20,000 bases of DNA, from the sequence record SRR22947727_1573; one strand, 5' to 3'. The position numbers and the translations under genes were made by a program. A model generated the notes under the pieces. That model did no database searches. It was not told the DNA's origin and was given only the letters and a program-made list of their open reading frames with translations. Of the stretch, positions 7,325 to 17,924 are shown one piece after another (the stretch's first letter is position 1; each line of letters opens with the position of its first letter).

Positions 7325-8485
7325 ATGCACCAGCCCGGTGAAACCTATGACGATATCCGCGAGGCCGTTGGCAAACTCTGCGCGCAATTTCCCGGAAGCT
7401 ACTGGCGTGCATTGGATCGGGAGATGGCCTATCCGGCCGCTTTTGTGCAGGCTCTGACGGAGGCAGGATGGCTGGGGGCTTTAATTCCTGAGGATTTTGG
7501 CGGATCCGGCCTGCCGCTCTCTGCCGCGGCGATAATTTTGGAAGAGATTCACAGATCTGGGGGCAATGCGGGCGCTTGTCATGCACAGATTTATACCATG
7601 GGAACCCTGTTGCGGCATGGCTCAGAGGCGCAAAAGCGCCAGTATCTGCCTAAAATTGCAGATGGAACCCTGCGATTGCAAGCCTTTGGCGTGACAGAGC
7701 CCAGCTCAGGCACTGATACAGGCGCGTTGCGCACCACCGCCAAGCGCGATGGGTCAGATTATATCATCAATGGGCAAAAAATTTGGACCAGCCGGGCCGA
7801 GCATTCCGACCTCATGCTGCTTTTGGCGCGCACAAGGCCACTGGAGGAGGGGATGAAGAAGACCGAAGGCCTGTCGGTTTTGCTGGTCGATATGCGCCAA
7901 GCACTGGGCAACGGTCTCACCCTACGGCCCATCCGCACCATGATGAACCATGCCACCACAGAAGTCTTTTTTGACAATCTCCGCGTGCCAGTGGAAAACT
8001 TGATCGGCGAAGAAGGCAAGGGATTTCGCTATATTCTCTCAGGCATGAATGCCGAACGCATTTTGATTGCCTCTGAATGCATTGGTGATGCGAAATGGTT
8101 TATCGAACACTCCGTAGCATATGCGAAAGACCGCCAAGTCTTTGATCGCCCGATCGGGCAAAACCAAGGCATACAATTCCCCATTGCCAAGGCCTATGCC
8201 AATATGCGCGCCGCTGAATTGATGGTGAAACAGGCGCTGGCCCTGTATGAAACCGGTGGCAATCCCGGCGCTGAGGCCAATATGGCCAAAATGCTGGCGG
8301 CGGATGCCTCAAATGAAGCGGCCAATGTCGCGGTGCAAACCCATGGTGGGTTTGGCTTTGCCGAAGAATATGACATTGAGCGCAAATTTAGAGAAACGAG
8401 ACTCTATCAAGTGGCACCGATCTCAACAAATCTGATCCTGTCCTATCTTGCGGAACATGTTTTAGATCTGCCGCGGTCTTATTGA
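7325..8485 (+). CDS. Acyl-CoA dehydrogenase family protein
   Basis: LQAFGVTEPSSGTDT, INGQKIWTS, EVFFDNLRVP, MNAERI, R.VFDRPIGQNQGIQFP, QTHGGFGFAEEYDIERKFRE. A strong RBS (AAGGAGG, 7312-7318) supports ATG 7325 over 7274. Confidence 0.92.
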   Translation: MHQPGETYDDIREAVGKLCAQFPGSYWRALDREMAYPAAFVQALTEAGWLGALIPEDFGGSGLPLSAAAIILEEIHRSGGNAGACHAQIYTMGTLLRHGSEAQKRQYLPKIADGTLRLQAFGVTEPSSGTDTGALRTTAKRDGSDYIINGQKIWTSRAEHSDLMLLLARTRPLEEGMKKTEGLSVLLVDMRQALGNGLTLRPIRTMMNHATTEVFFDNLRVPVENLIGEEGKGFRYILSGMNAERILIASECIGDAKWFIEHSVAYAKDRQVFDRPIGQNQGIQFPIAKAYANMRAAELMVKQALALYETGGNPGAEANMAKMLAADASNEAANVAVQTHGGFGFAEEYDIERKFRETRLYQVAPISTNLILSYLAEHVLDLPRSY

Positions 8486-8492
8486 AGCCAAA

Positions 8493-8536
8493 CCCCTGCC
8501 CCTGCTGACCTTGGAAGGTTGAGGCAGGGACAAGGG
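8493..8536. terminator. GC-rich imperfect hairpin between convergent genes (possible terminator)
   Basis: CCCCTGCCCCTGC...GCAGGGACAAGGG pairs at 11 of 13 positions, with an inner GACCTT/AAGGTT stem. It lies between the stops at 8485 and 8544 and has no clear U-tract. Confidence 0.4.
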
Positions 8537-8543
8537 CCAAGCC

Positions 8544-9518
8544 CTAGACCGTTAGGATGGTCGAGCCAGTTGTGCGGCGCGCTTCCAATGCGTCATGCGC
8601 CGCTGTGACATCGTCCAAAGCAAACTCTTGCCCGATCACGATTTTCACATCGCCAGATATGACCTTGGAAAAGAGATGCCGCGCCATCTCCTGGCAATCT
8701 TCATGCTTGCCAATATGAGTAAAGAGCGTCGGACGGGTGATCTTCAACGAACCTTTCGCCCCCAATTGTGCCAAGTTAAACGGTGGAACTGGCCCCGAAG
8801 CATTGCCGAAAGTGATCATCATGCCCAGCCGCTTGAGGCTATTGAGGGATCCTTCAAAAGTACTCTCTCCCACAGAATCCATCACCACATCGACCCCTGC
8901 ACCCCCGGTCAATTCCTTGACCTTCTCTTCGAAGTTTTCCGTCGTGTAGTTGATGCAATGCGTTGCCCCATGGTCCAAGGCCAATTGGCATTTTTCATCG
9001 CTGCCAGCAGTGCCAATGAGGGTAATACCCTCTGACTTCGCCCATTGGCAGGCAATCAAACCGACGCCGCCGGCTGCCGCATGAAACAAAACCGTATCAC
9101 CTTTACTCAGCGGCGTGGTGCGATGAAAGAGATATTGCACGGTCATGCCCTGAAGCATCATGGCGGCGCCTTGCTCAAAGCTAATCTCATCGGGCAAAGG
9201 ACAAACCTGCGCCGCCGGCATCACCCGGCGCTCACAATAAGAGCCTGGCGGCATCGAAGCATAGGCCACACGGTCCCCAACCTTCACATGGGTGACTCCT
9301 GCCCCTACGGCTTCAATCACACCGGCTGCCTCCATACCAAGGGCTTGAGGAAGGGACAGAGGGTACAGACCCGTGCGTTGATACACATCGATATAGTTAA
9401 GCCCGCAGGCTTTATGAGCAATGCGAACCTGCCCATCGCCGGGCTCTCCGGCTGGCATGTCCACAATCTTCAGTTGATCGGAACCCCCAAATTCTTTGAT
9501 CACAACGGTCTTATTCAT
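8544..9518 (-). CDS. qor: NADPH:quinone oxidoreductase (zeta-crystallin/MDR family), 324 aa
   Basis: GLNYIDVYQRTGLY, LGMEAAG, AAMMLQGMT, HAAAGGVG, FGNASG, SLKITRPTLF, RRTTGS. The start is placed at ATG 9518 behind an AGGGAGAG RBS. Confidence 0.9.
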   Translation of the reverse strand: MNKTVVIKEFGGSDQLKIVDMPAGEPGDGQVRIAHKACGLNYIDVYQRTGLYPLSLPQALGMEAAGVIEAVGAGVTHVKVGDRVAYASMPPGSYCERRVMPAAQVCPLPDEISFEQGAAMMLQGMTVQYLFHRTTPLSKGDTVLFHAAAGGVGLIACQWAKSEGITLIGTAGSDEKCQLALDHGATHCINYTTENFEEKVKELTGGAGVDVVMDSVGESTFEGSLNSLKRLGMMITFGNASGPVPPFNLAQLGAKGSLKITRPTLFTHIGKHEDCQEMARHLFSKVISGDVKIVIGQEFALDDVTAAHDALEARRTTGSTILTV

Positions 9519-9638
9519 CACACTCTCCCTATTTGAAAGATAAGTGTAACGCATTGCCTTGCCGGTACAATCGCAAATTCTACTCCCATGTGATCTATGT
9601 CGCTGGTCACCTTCGGCCTTTGGCCTTAGGATCAGCAT

Positions 9639-10229
9639 ATGATTACATTTGCCCTTGCCATAGTCCTGATGCTTGCCACCCCCGGTCCGGGGGTTCTTTC
9701 TGCCGCAGGCGTTGGTGCTGGGTTTGGAGCCACGGCAGGGCTGCGCTACGTGGCCGGGCTTTGCATTGGGCAGGCCTTGGTTTATGCGGCCGTCGCGGCT
9801 GGCCTCTCGGCCTTTGTGCTCGACACGCCCTGGTTGCGGCTCACATTAATGGCGCTGTCGTTTCTATATCTGCTGTATTTGGCAAGCCGGATCGCTTTTG
9901 CCGGCGCGCAAGTGGCCTTTATTAGATCCGAAACCCCGCCAGGGCTCATGGCCGGCTTGCTCTTGCAACCCATCAACCCAAAGGCCTATGCGGTGCTCAC
10001 CGCTTTGATCACCGGATTTCCACTCTATGAGAACGCCTATTGGAGCGAAGTCGCAATAAAATTTGTCATTTTAAATCTCATTTGGGTCCCGATCCATGTG
10101 GTTTGGGTCCTTTTTGGTGTCTCCCTCAAGCGGCTTAACCTTTCGTCCACCGCGCAACGGGCGATCAATATATCAATGGCCTTGTCGATGTTACTCGTGG
10201 TTGGCCTCGCCGCTTGGACGCTGGTCTAA
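9639..10229 (+). CDS. LysE/RhtB-family translocator
   Basis: Hydrophobic 196-aa protein with TPGP near the N-terminus, YLLYLA..I and G.LLQ..NPKAY motifs. Confidence 0.88.
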   Translation: MITFALAIVLMLATPGPGVLSAAGVGAGFGATAGLRYVAGLCIGQALVYAAVAAGLSAFVLDTPWLRLTLMALSFLYLLYLASRIAFAGAQVAFIRSETPPGLMAGLLLQPINPKAYAVLTALITGFPLYENAYWSEVAIKFVILNLIWVPIHVVWVLFGVSLKRLNLSSTAQRAINISMALSMLLVVGLAAWTLV

Positions 10230-10958
10230 GCGGGCCGCGCGATACAAGCGCTCAACCAACCGCTTTCGGGCGGAGGGCAATGCCCGATCCCCCAGGGATG
10301 GCGCCAACCATTTCTCCAAAAAATACCCAGTAGTGCGCAGCCCTTCGGCAATCTCGCCATTATCCGCCACACTTTGCCCGATCATACAGGGCACCAGTGG
10401 CAACAGCTGTGTCTTCCAGCGCCCCGCATGATGTGCCGCCACAGCCCGGCCGGATTTTGGCGACACATAAGCCAGATCCTCAGTCGCCCCAGACACCGCG
10501 CAACAGCTGAGATCCAAACCAAAGCCCAAATCCTCCAACAGCTGCATTTCCCAGTGTAAATAGGCCAATGGCCAAGCCTCTGTAACGCAAATCAAATCCA
10601 AAAGATTGATCGAGGCGCTATAGAGTGCCCCATGCACCTCGCGCTCGGGTAAGGCAAAGCTCAAAAGCCCAACAACAGATGTCAAACCGGCCAAGGCCAA
10701 AGGATCCGCCATGACCTGCGCGGCCCGGCTGCGCAGAGGTTCAACCGTAAATGCGCCCATATGCTCTTCAAGCCTGGCCTTCCAGACCACCTCAAATTGA
10801 CCCCCAGGCTGCAACATAGGGGCTTGCTTGCGCCCAGCGCCACCGCGCACAACACCCGCGTGTTTTCCATGATATTCTGTGAACACCTCAACGATGACGG
10901 CCGCTTCACCATGCTTGCGCACGGCCAATAAAACCCCCTCATCCCGCCATTCTATCAA
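10191..10958 (-). CDS. recO: DNA repair protein RecO
   Basis: [55 protein letters not shown]. It lies downstream of rnc-era and has a TTG start. Confidence 0.95.
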   Translation of the reverse strand: MIEWRDEGVLLAVRKHGEAAVIVEVFTEYHGKHAGVVRGGAGRKQAPMLQPGGQFEVVWKARLEEHMGAFTVEPLRSRAAQVMADPLALAGLTSVVGLLSFALPEREVHGALYSASINLLDLICVTEAWPLAYLHWEMQLLEDLGFGLDLSCCAVSGATEDLAYVSPKSGRAVAAHHAGRWKTQLLPLVPCMIGQSVADNGEIAEGLRTTGYFLEKWLAPSLGDRALPSARKRLVERLYRAARLDQRPSGEANHE

Positions 10959-11061
10959 AACATAGACCCCAACTCACATTCGACAGGGATAGATCAGCCC
11001 CGCCTAGGCCCAGACTATCCAGACGCTTGAATAATGTTAAGCGTTTTGCCGCGGCCCATCG

Positions 11062-11394
11062 CTATTCGCTCAAGCCGGGTTCATCGAGCAAATGACGGCC
11101 AAGCCGGTCTTCCACTTCAATCACCCAAAGGTCAGGATCAAAGCCCCGCTGGCGGGCAATCGCACGGTCCAAATCAGCCTCATCGCCCGAAATCAGCTCA
11201 ACCCAATTGCGCGCACCGCTTTGTAAGTCAAATGAGCGCTGAAAAACGATGCCCTGCCCATCCAAAAGGTTGAGCTTGACCAAAACCGCCCCCGCCGTGG
11301 CGTCTCCGCGCTGAACCACGAAGGCCGGGATATCCGCAAGGCGCAGGCGCGTGAGATAGGCAGAGACCCAAATATCGCTTGTCAGGCGGATCAT
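11062..11394 (-). CDS. DUF1491-family protein, 110 aa
   Basis: [45 protein letters not shown] 11394 overlaps the era stop (ATGA). Confidence 0.85.
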   Translation of the reverse strand: MIRLTSDIWVSAYLTRLRLADIPAFVVQRGDATAGAVLVKLNLLDGQGIVFQRSFDLQSGARNWVELISGDEADLDRAIARQRGFDPDLWVIEVEDRLGRHLLDEPGLSE

Positions 11395-12299
11395 TCGTTT
11401 CCGTCGCGAAAATCGAGGCCCATTTCCTCGTAACGCTCTTTGTCTTCCAGCCAATTCGGGCGCACTTTGACCTGTAAAAACAGATGCACCTTGCGGCCCA
11501 AGAATTCTTCCAACTCTGTCCGCGCTTGGGTGGACACGGCTTTGATCGTCTCTCCGCCCTTGCCGAGCACGATACCCTTGTGGCCATCTCGCATGACATA
11601 GATGAGCTGATCGATTTTACACGAGCCGTCTTTACGCTCTTCCCAAGCCTCCGTCTCAACAGTCAGCTGATAGGGCAATTCTTGGTGCAAACGCAGGGTC
11701 AATTTTTCCCGCGTGGTTTCCGCGGCCAGCATCCGCAGCGGCAGATCGGCAATTTGGTCTTCAGGATAGAGCCAAGGGCTGTCAGGCAGCTGGCCGGCGA
11801 TCCAAGTTTTCAGTGCCGCACAGCCGTGCCCCTTCTCTGCGGAAATCAGGAAGGTCTCCACAAAATCAAAGGCCTCATTCATCGCCTTGGTCAAAGCCAA
11901 GAGCTCTGCGGCCTGCACCTTGTCAATTTTGTTAATCGCCAATGCAATTGATTTGCCTTTGGGAAGATCCTTGAGCGCCTCCATAATCGCATCCACGCCC
12001 TCTGTGACACCGCGATGGGCTTCAATCAAAAACACCGTCAGATCGGCATCGGCAGCGCCCCCCCAGGCAGATTTCACCATCGCGCGATCCAAACGGCGTT
12101 TGGGGCGGAAGATGCCTGGAGTATCGACGAAAACAATTTGCGCCTCCCCCTCGAGTGCGACACCGCGAATACGGGCGCGGGTCGTCTGCACCTTATGGGT
12201 TACGATAGAAACCTTGGCCCCCACCATACGATTGAGCAGGGTCGACTTCCCTGCATTAGGTTCCCCGATCAGGGCCACAAATCCGGCGCGTGTGCTCAT
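11391..12299 (-). CDS. era: GTPase Era
   Basis: [22 protein letters not shown] and the KH domain ELPY...[10 protein letters not shown]. Confidence 0.97.
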   Translation of the reverse strand: MSTRAGFVALIGEPNAGKSTLLNRMVGAKVSIVTHKVQTTRARIRGVALEGEAQIVFVDTPGIFRPKRRLDRAMVKSAWGGAADADLTVFLIEAHRGVTEGVDAIMEALKDLPKGKSIALAINKIDKVQAAELLALTKAMNEAFDFVETFLISAEKGHGCAALKTWIAGQLPDSPWLYPEDQIADLPLRMLAAETTREKLTLRLHQELPYQLTVETEAWEERKDGSCKIDQLIYVMRDGHKGIVLGKGGETIKAVSTQARTELEEFLGRKVHLFLQVKVRPNWLEDKERYEEMGLDFRDGNE

Positions 12300-12979
12300 G
12301 CCCCTAACCTTTCCAACAATAATTTTGCCGCAGCCTGTTCGGCCTGGCGTTTCGATCCAGCTTTGGCCTGCGCCGCTTCGCCGGAATGCAATCTCACTTC
12401 AATCTCGAATTGCGGCGCGTGATCCGGGCCGGAGCGGGACAGTTCAACATAATTTGGTGGAGGACCTTTGCGCGCCTGCGCCCATTCTTGCAAAGCGGTC
12501 TTTGGGTCGCGCGCATCAGCCTTGACGGAGGTGATCCGCGTATTCCAAAGCCGCAAGATCAGCGCCTGCGCTTCAGTAAAGCCACCATCGCGATACACCG
12601 CAGCAATCAGCGCTTCCATGGCATCGCCCAGCAATGCTTCCTTTCGCCGCCCGCCACTTATCATCTCAGAGCGACCCAGTTTCAACAGGTTGCCGATACC
12701 AATAGAGCGCGCCACATCTGCACAGGTTTCCTTGCGCACCAGAGCATTAAAACGCGGCGCCAATTGCCCCTCGGTCGCCTTCGCATCCAGATCCAACAAG
12801 GCCTGCGCCATCACAAGCCCAAGAACCCGGTCACCCAGAAACTCAAGCCGTTCGTTGTCCGAGCGGGTTGCCGAGGAGATACTGGAATGAGTCAAAGCTG
12901 TGATCAGGAGCCCCGGGTCTTTAAACTCATAGCCGATATCGGCTGAAAATTGGCGTAACTCAGAAGAAAGTTTGATCAT
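12296..12979 (-). CDS. rnc: Ribonuclease III
   Basis: [34 protein letters not shown] and the ds[14 protein letters not shown]...GPDHAP.F. Confidence 0.97.
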   Translation of the reverse strand: MIKLSSELRQFSADIGYEFKDPGLLITALTHSSISSATRSDNERLEFLGDRVLGLVMAQALLDLDAKATEGQLAPRFNALVRKETCADVARSIGIGNLLKLGRSEMISGGRRKEALLGDAMEALIAAVYRDGGFTEAQALILRLWNTRITSVKADARDPKTALQEWAQARKGPPPNYVELSRSGPDHAPQFEIEVRLHSGEAAQAKAGSKRQAEQAAAKLLLERLGA

Positions 12980-13005
12980 AGCGAGACCTGGAAGATACAG
13001 AGCAT

Positions 13006-13875
13006 CTAATCAATCGCCTTGAAATAACGGTCACTGCGCCACGTCCAGAAGGCCAAAATTGAGGCGCCGGCAGAGGAAAACAAAATGCGATCTGCGCGCC
13101 CGACAATGTCTTTGAGCGGCACGAAGCCCACCCCGCCGATGGACTGCGGCACGCGGCTGTCAGAGGAATTGTCGCGATTGTCGCCCATGAAAAAGAAATG
13201 CCCCGCCGGTACGGTATAGACTTTCGTTGTGTCCACATTCATCCGACCTCCAAGGCGCATCGCATCTTGGTCATAGGTGTCCAAGACGCCATGCTCAACG
13301 CCATTGGGCAGCGTCTCGATATATTTCGCCTTGATGCAATCTGCGCCCAACCCAACGGCACCATTGGAACAGACCGGACGGTTGCGCTGTGAGCCTTGTG
13401 GCTCAAAGATTTCCACGAAATCCTCCACCTGTCTGCGCTCAACCGGCGTGCCGTTGATCTGCAGCACCCCACCTTGCATTTGTATCTTGTCGCCCGGAAG
13501 ACCGACCAAGCGTTTGATATAATCAGCGCCTGTCACCGGATGGCGAAACACAACCACATCGCCGCGCTCAGGAACGCCGCCCAAAATCCGCGTGTCACGG
13601 TCCTTGATGAAGCCACAAAAATCATCCGCATCAATGTTTAAGCCCAGCGCGGCAATTTGAATTTTCGGACAGGAGGCATAGGAATACCCATAGGCCATTT
13701 TATTGACGAATAAAAAATCCCCGATCAACAGGCTGTCTTTCATCGAGCCCGAAGGGATCCAGAAGGGTTGAAAAAACAAGGTGCGAAACACCCCAGCAAT
13801 CAGCAGGGCATAGACCACAGTTTTGACCGTCTCTATTGCACTCGCAGCAAAGCTTTTTTCTTCAATGTCGTCCAT
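13006..13875 (-). CDS. lepB: Signal peptidase I
   Basis: [37 protein letters not shown]. Confidence 0.96.
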   Translation of the reverse strand: MDDIEEKSFAASAIETVKTVVYALLIAGVFRTLFFQPFWIPSGSMKDSLLIGDFLFVNKMAYGYSYASCPKIQIAALGLNIDADDFCGFIKDRDTRILGGVPERGDVVVFRHPVTGADYIKRLVGLPGDKIQMQGGVLQINGTPVERRQVEDFVEIFEPQGSQRNRPVCSNGAVGLGADCIKAKYIETLPNGVEHGVLDTYDQDAMRLGGRMNVDTTKVYTVPAGHFFFMGDNRDNSSDSRVPQSIGGVGFVPLKDIVGRADRILFSSAGASILAFWTWRSDRYFKAID

Positions 13876-13926
13876 AACATCCTCGGGATTTGATTTAGGG
13901 CTATGTGCGGCGCTTACGGTCGAGAG

Positions 13927-14340
13927 TCAAGTTGCCCCGCCCTCATTCGGGCGCGCTTCGATAACCACAAAAGCCTGTGCCCAGGGGTGATCATCGGTCA
14001 ACGTACAATGGATCACCGCCGTATGACCTGCGGGCGTCATCTGCGCCAAACGCTCCGCCGCCCAGCCCGTGACCGCCATCACCGGCTGACCGCTGCGCAT
14101 ATTGGTCACAGCCATGTCTTTCCAACTGATGCCCATGGCCAAGCCCGTCCCGAGCGCCTTTGAGCAGGCTTCTTTCGCGGCCCAGCGTTTGGCATAAGTG
14201 CCCGCCACATCTTTACGCGCCTCCGCCTTGCGTTGCTCAACCTGCGTGAAGACTCGGTTTTTAAAACGATCCCCAAAGCGATCCAATGTGCCTTGAATCC
14301 GCTCAATATTCGCCAAATCTGTGCCGATACCTAAAATCAT
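13927..14340 (-). CDS. acpS: Holo-[acyl-carrier-protein] synthase
   Basis: [40 protein letters not shown]. Confidence 0.95.
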   Translation of the reverse strand: MILGIGTDLANIERIQGTLDRFGDRFKNRVFTQVEQRKAEARKDVAGTYAKRWAAKEACSKALGTGLAMGISWKDMAVTNMRSGQPVMAVTGWAAERLAQMTPAGHTAVIHCTLTDDHPWAQAFVVIEARPNEGGAT

Positions 14341-15080
14341 CGCCGGGCGTTCTGCATCAAGCGACGCATTTCGGCAATCGCCGGCCCCAGACCCAAAAAG
14401 ACAGATTCCCCGATCAAAAAATGTCCAATGTTCAGCTCGGCCACTTCTGGAAGGGCGGCAATCGGCGCCACGGTTTCATAGCTCAAGCCATGACCGGCGT
14501 GCACCTCTAACCCCAGATCGGCTGCAAATTGCGCACAGCGGGTGATCCGCGCCAATTCCTCTTTCGCAGCCTGGTGATTGCCCTCGGCATGGAAATCACA
14601 ATAGGCGCCTGTATGAAGCTCAACCACAGCGGCCCCCACCTGCGCACTGGCTTGCAATTGCCCCTCATCTGCGGCCACAAAAAGCGACACCCGACAGCCG
14701 GCCTGAGCCAGTGGCGCAATGAAATCACCAAGACGGTCCTGATCGCCAACCACATCCAGCCCGCCCTCGGTGGTCCGTTCTTCGCGCTTTTCTGGCACGA
14801 GACAGACCGCATGGGGCTTGTGCCGCAGGGCTATGGCTTGCATTTCGGCGGTTGCTGCCATTTCAAAGTTTAAAGGGATGCGCAACGCACCCATCAAAGC
14901 GTCAATATCGGCATCAAGAATATGCCGGCGATCCTCACGCAGATGCGCGGTAATGCCATCGGCCCCCGCGGCCTGCGCCAACAAGGCCGCGCGCAGAGGG
15001 TCGGGATAAGCGCCACCCCGTGCATTGCGCAAGGTCGCAACATGATCGATATTGACGCCAAGGCGTTGCTCTATGGACAT
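14337..15080 (-). CDS. pdxJ: Pyridoxine 5'-phosphate synthase
   Basis: [58 protein letters not shown]. Confidence 0.97.
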   Translation of the reverse strand: MSIEQRLGVNIDHVATLRNARGGAYPDPLRAALLAQAAGADGITAHLREDRRHILDADIDALMGALRIPLNFEMAATAEMQAIALRHKPHAVCLVPEKREERTTEGGLDVVGDQDRLGDFIAPLAQAGCRVSLFVAADEGQLQASAQVGAAVVELHTGAYCDFHAEGNHQAAKEELARITRCAQFAADLGLEVHAGHGLSYETVAPIAALPEVAELNIGHFLIGESVFLGLGPAIAEMRRLMQNARR

Positions 15081-15103
15081 AAAAAACTCTTTCCGTTTCC
15101 ACC

Positions 15104-15757
15104 TCAGACGCCCGAATCGTCTTCGCGTGTAAGGAGGGTTTTGCGGCGTAACTCTGCAATTTTGGCCGCCAATTGACCCTTTCTGCGATTTTTATATACG
15201 CGAATAGCTGGGACCGTAATAGCGTAAATCACCAGCCCTGAGATGACCCCCGGCACCACCCCGCCGATCATCCAAGGGAAAAATACTGTGTGCCAAAATT
15301 CGACCAAATAAGTCCAATCTCCCGGGGTTTGCGAGAAAAATGCCGCGATATTCGCGCCCAATTCTGTCACCGCGCGGGCAAACATTTCACCCAGGCCCAA
15401 ATGCAAATCACTCTCTGGCCGCTTGCCCAAAAACGCATGTCCAAAACCAAGCGCCGTTGCGCCAATGGGGATGTAGGTCAGCGGATTGCCGAAAAAAGTT
15501 CCCAAAAGCGAGGCGAGAACATTGGCCCTTAATACAAGCGCGAGCACCCAAGCCACGAAAAAATGTAACCCGTAAAACGGGGTGAAGGAGGTGAACACGC
15601 CAATCGCCACGCCGCGCGCGATTTCTTCCGGCGTTCCTGGCAGGCGGCGCAAACGGTGTTTGATGTAAGAATAGGCACGGGCCCAGCCGCCCTTTGGGTA
15701 AAGCCATTCCCAAAGCGCTCTGTGCAGCCCACGCTTTTCGCGACGTTTAAACACCAA
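15104..15757 (-). CDS. DUF2062-family membrane protein
   Basis: VFKRR...WLYP.GGW.RA..Y..HRL.RLPGTPE.IARG.A.G, PFYG.H, GNPLT, with a basic C-terminal tail. The start is uncertain (TTG 15757, GTG 15754 or ATG 15775). Confidence 0.82.
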   Translation of the reverse strand: MVFKRREKRGLHRALWEWLYPKGGWARAYSYIKHRLRRLPGTPEEIARGVAIGVFTSFTPFYGLHFFVAWVLALVLRANVLASLLGTFFGNPLTYIPIGATALGFGHAFLGKRPESDLHLGLGEMFARAVTELGANIAAFFSQTPGDWTYLVEFWHTVFFPWMIGGVVPGVISGLVIYAITVPAIRVYKNRRKGQLAAKIAELRRKTLLTREDDSGV

Positions 15758-17912
15758 TTTCGCCCCACTCACCATTCATAGAGTCGATATCCCGACCGAG
15801 TTCCGGATTCCGGTGGCGGCTCACCTCTGCCACGTCACTTTCGGCCTCCAGCGCCGTGAGCACCATGTGCAATTGTGACACATCCCTCAGCTCCAATTCG
15901 ACGAGCAGTTTGAAATAGTCCGGCTTGCGGTCCAAAAAGTGAATGTCAGAGATATTCGCATTCTGATCGCCAATCAATGTACAAATCCGCCCCATGACGC
16001 CTGCACCATTCAAAATCGTCGTGATGATCTGCGCCGGGTGGGTCGCGGCATGCTGTCCGTCACGCCAATGCAGATCCAACCACCGGTCCATTTGGGTTTC
16101 ATAATGCAACAGGTTGGGGCAATCGATGGTGTGAATCACAACCCCATGACCTTTGAAAATGATCCCAACAATACGCTCTCCAGGCAAAGGGTTGCAACAG
16201 ACACCATGGTTGAATTTCTGTCCTGGCTCCAACCCCATCAACGCCACCGCTGGCCCCACCTCATCGGTGTCGCGCACTTTAAGATTTGGATAGAGCTCCG
16301 CCACCACGTCGCGCGCGGCGATTTCAGAGCTGCCCAGCCGGGCCAAAAGCTCATCGGCACCTGGCAATCCATAATGTTTCGCCGCGGTCGTCAAAGCACG
16401 GTCGGTGGCCTTTTTGTTGACATTCTCGAAAGCGACACGGGCAAACTCTTTCCCCAGCTTGATAAATTTCTCGCGGTCAAATTCGCGCAGACTGCGGCGG
16501 ATCGCTGTTTTCGCCCGGCCCGTGGCGACGATATCAATCCAGCTGGCCGGCGGGGTTTGCCCCTCTGCGGTGATGATCTGCACAGATTGCCCATTGCGCA
16601 GGCGCGTCCAAAGCGGCACGCGGATACCGTCAACCTTTGCCGAGACACAGGCCGCGCCGATGCGTGTGTGGATCGCATAGGCAAAATCAATGGGCGTCGC
16701 GCCACGCGGCAGTTTGATGACATCGCCTTTGGGCGAAAAGCAAAACACCTGGTCGGTGTACATTTCCAATTTGAACGCTTCGAGGAATTCCCCATCATCG
16801 CCTTCGGAGCTGAACCGCTCTGTCAGCGATGAAATCCAAGTCGAAGGATCCAGAGCAAAAGGATTATCCACCCGCGCACCGTCGCGATAAGACCAAGTCG
16901 CCGCCGCACCTTTTTCCGCCACTTGATGCATCGATTTGGTGCGGATTTGCACCTCCACCCGGCGGGCGTTGCGCCCCGAAACCGTGGTGTGAATGCTGCG
17001 GTAACCGTTAGATTTTGGCTGGCTGATGTAATCTTTAAACCGCCCCGGCACGGCCCGCCACCGCTGATGGATCAGCCCGAGCACCCGATAGCAATCGGAT
17101 TCATGATCTACAATGACCCGAAACCCATAGATATCTGACAAGCGCGAGAAGGACAGTTCCTTATTTTGCATTTTGCGCCATATGGAATAGGGCTTTTTGG
17201 CCCGACCTTGAATTTCCGCGCCCTCAAGCCCGGCGCGCTCCAATTCCTCAAGCAAGTCGCCTTTGATCTGTTGCACCACATCGCCGGTTTCGTTTTGCAA
17301 CTTGATAAAACGGCGCATAATGGATTTGCGCCCGTCAGGATTGAGCACTTGAAAGGCCAAGTCTTCCAGCTCTTCGCGCAGCCAATGCATCCCCATGCGC
17401 CCGGCCAGTGGCGCATAAATATCCATAGTTTCCAGAGCTTTTTGTTGCTGTTTTTCCGGCGTCATCGAGCGGATGGTGCGCATATTATGAAAACGGTCCG
17501 CCAATTTAACCAAAGTGACCCGAATATCTTTTGAGGTGGCCATGATCAGCTTGCGAAAATTCTCCGCCTGCTTGTTCACTGTGGAGGAGAGTTGCAGATT
17601 GGTGAGCTTTGTCACCCCGTCGACCAGTTCAGCCACCTCGCGGCTGAACATACGTTCGACATCACCAAAACTCGCTTTGGTGTCTTCAATCGTGTCATGC
17701 AGCAGCGCGGTGATGATCGTCGCATCGTCAAGATGCTGATCGGCCAAAATGCGGGCGACTGCTACGGGATGGGTGTAATAGGGCTCGCCAGATTTGCGAA
17801 ACTGTCCCTCATGCATCTCTTGGCAAAAACCATAGGCTTTCGCAATCTGCTCGGCGTTGGTGGACGGATTATAGGCGCGGATCAGACCGATCAGGTCATC
17901 GGCTGTGATCAT
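15747..17912 (-). CDS. spoT: Bifunctional (p)ppGpp synthetase/hydrolase (RelA/SpoT homologue)
   Basis: HD domain (HEGQ.RKSGEPY..HP, LLHDTIEDT), synthetase (GRAKKPYSI, DIYGFR, RFKDYI..PK.NGY.SIHT, EVQIRT), TGS (TPIDFAYAIHT), CC.P.PG zinc region and ACT domain. Confidence 0.96.
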   Translation of the reverse strand: MITADDLIGLIRAYNPSTNAEQIAKAYGFCQEMHEGQFRKSGEPYYTHPVAVARILADQHLDDATIITALLHDTIEDTKASFGDVERMFSREVAELVDGVTKLTNLQLSSTVNKQAENFRKLIMATSKDIRVTLVKLADRFHNMRTIRSMTPEKQQQKALETMDIYAPLAGRMGMHWLREELEDLAFQVLNPDGRKSIMRRFIKLQNETGDVVQQIKGDLLEELERAGLEGAEIQGRAKKPYSIWRKMQNKELSFSRLSDIYGFRVIVDHESDCYRVLGLIHQRWRAVPGRFKDYISQPKSNGYRSIHTTVSGRNARRVEVQIRTKSMHQVAEKGAAATWSYRDGARVDNPFALDPSTWISSLTERFSSEGDDGEFLEAFKLEMYTDQVFCFSPKGDVIKLPRGATPIDFAYAIHTRIGAACVSAKVDGIRVPLWTRLRNGQSVQIITAEGQTPPASWIDIVATGRAKTAIRRSLREFDREKFIKLGKEFARVAFENVNKKATDRALTTAAKHYGLPGADELLARLGSSEIAARDVVAELYPNLKVRDTDEVGPAVALMGLEPGQKFNHGVCCNPLPGERIVGIIFKGHGVVIHTIDCPNLLHYETQMDRWLDLHWRDGQHAATHPAQIITTILNGAGVMGRICTLIGDQNANISDIHFLDRKPDYFKLLVELELRDVSQLHMVLTALEAESDVAEVSRHRNPELGRDIDSMNGEWGEIGV

Positions 17913-17924
17913 GCCTATGTTTCC

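Noticed and set aside
13240..13690. Cys-flanked insertions in LepB (C..C pairs)
   Set aside because: As far as I recall these are a usual feature of Rhodobacteraceae LepB. The catalytic motifs are intact and there is no intein signature.
15939..16832. 297-aa + strand ORF, and similar long antisense ORFs (3047-3886, 1453-2154, 5682-6269, 11887-12525, 17592-18284)
   Set aside because: They lie opposite well-supported genes and have no recognisable motifs. They are typical shadow ORFs of GC-rich coding DNA.
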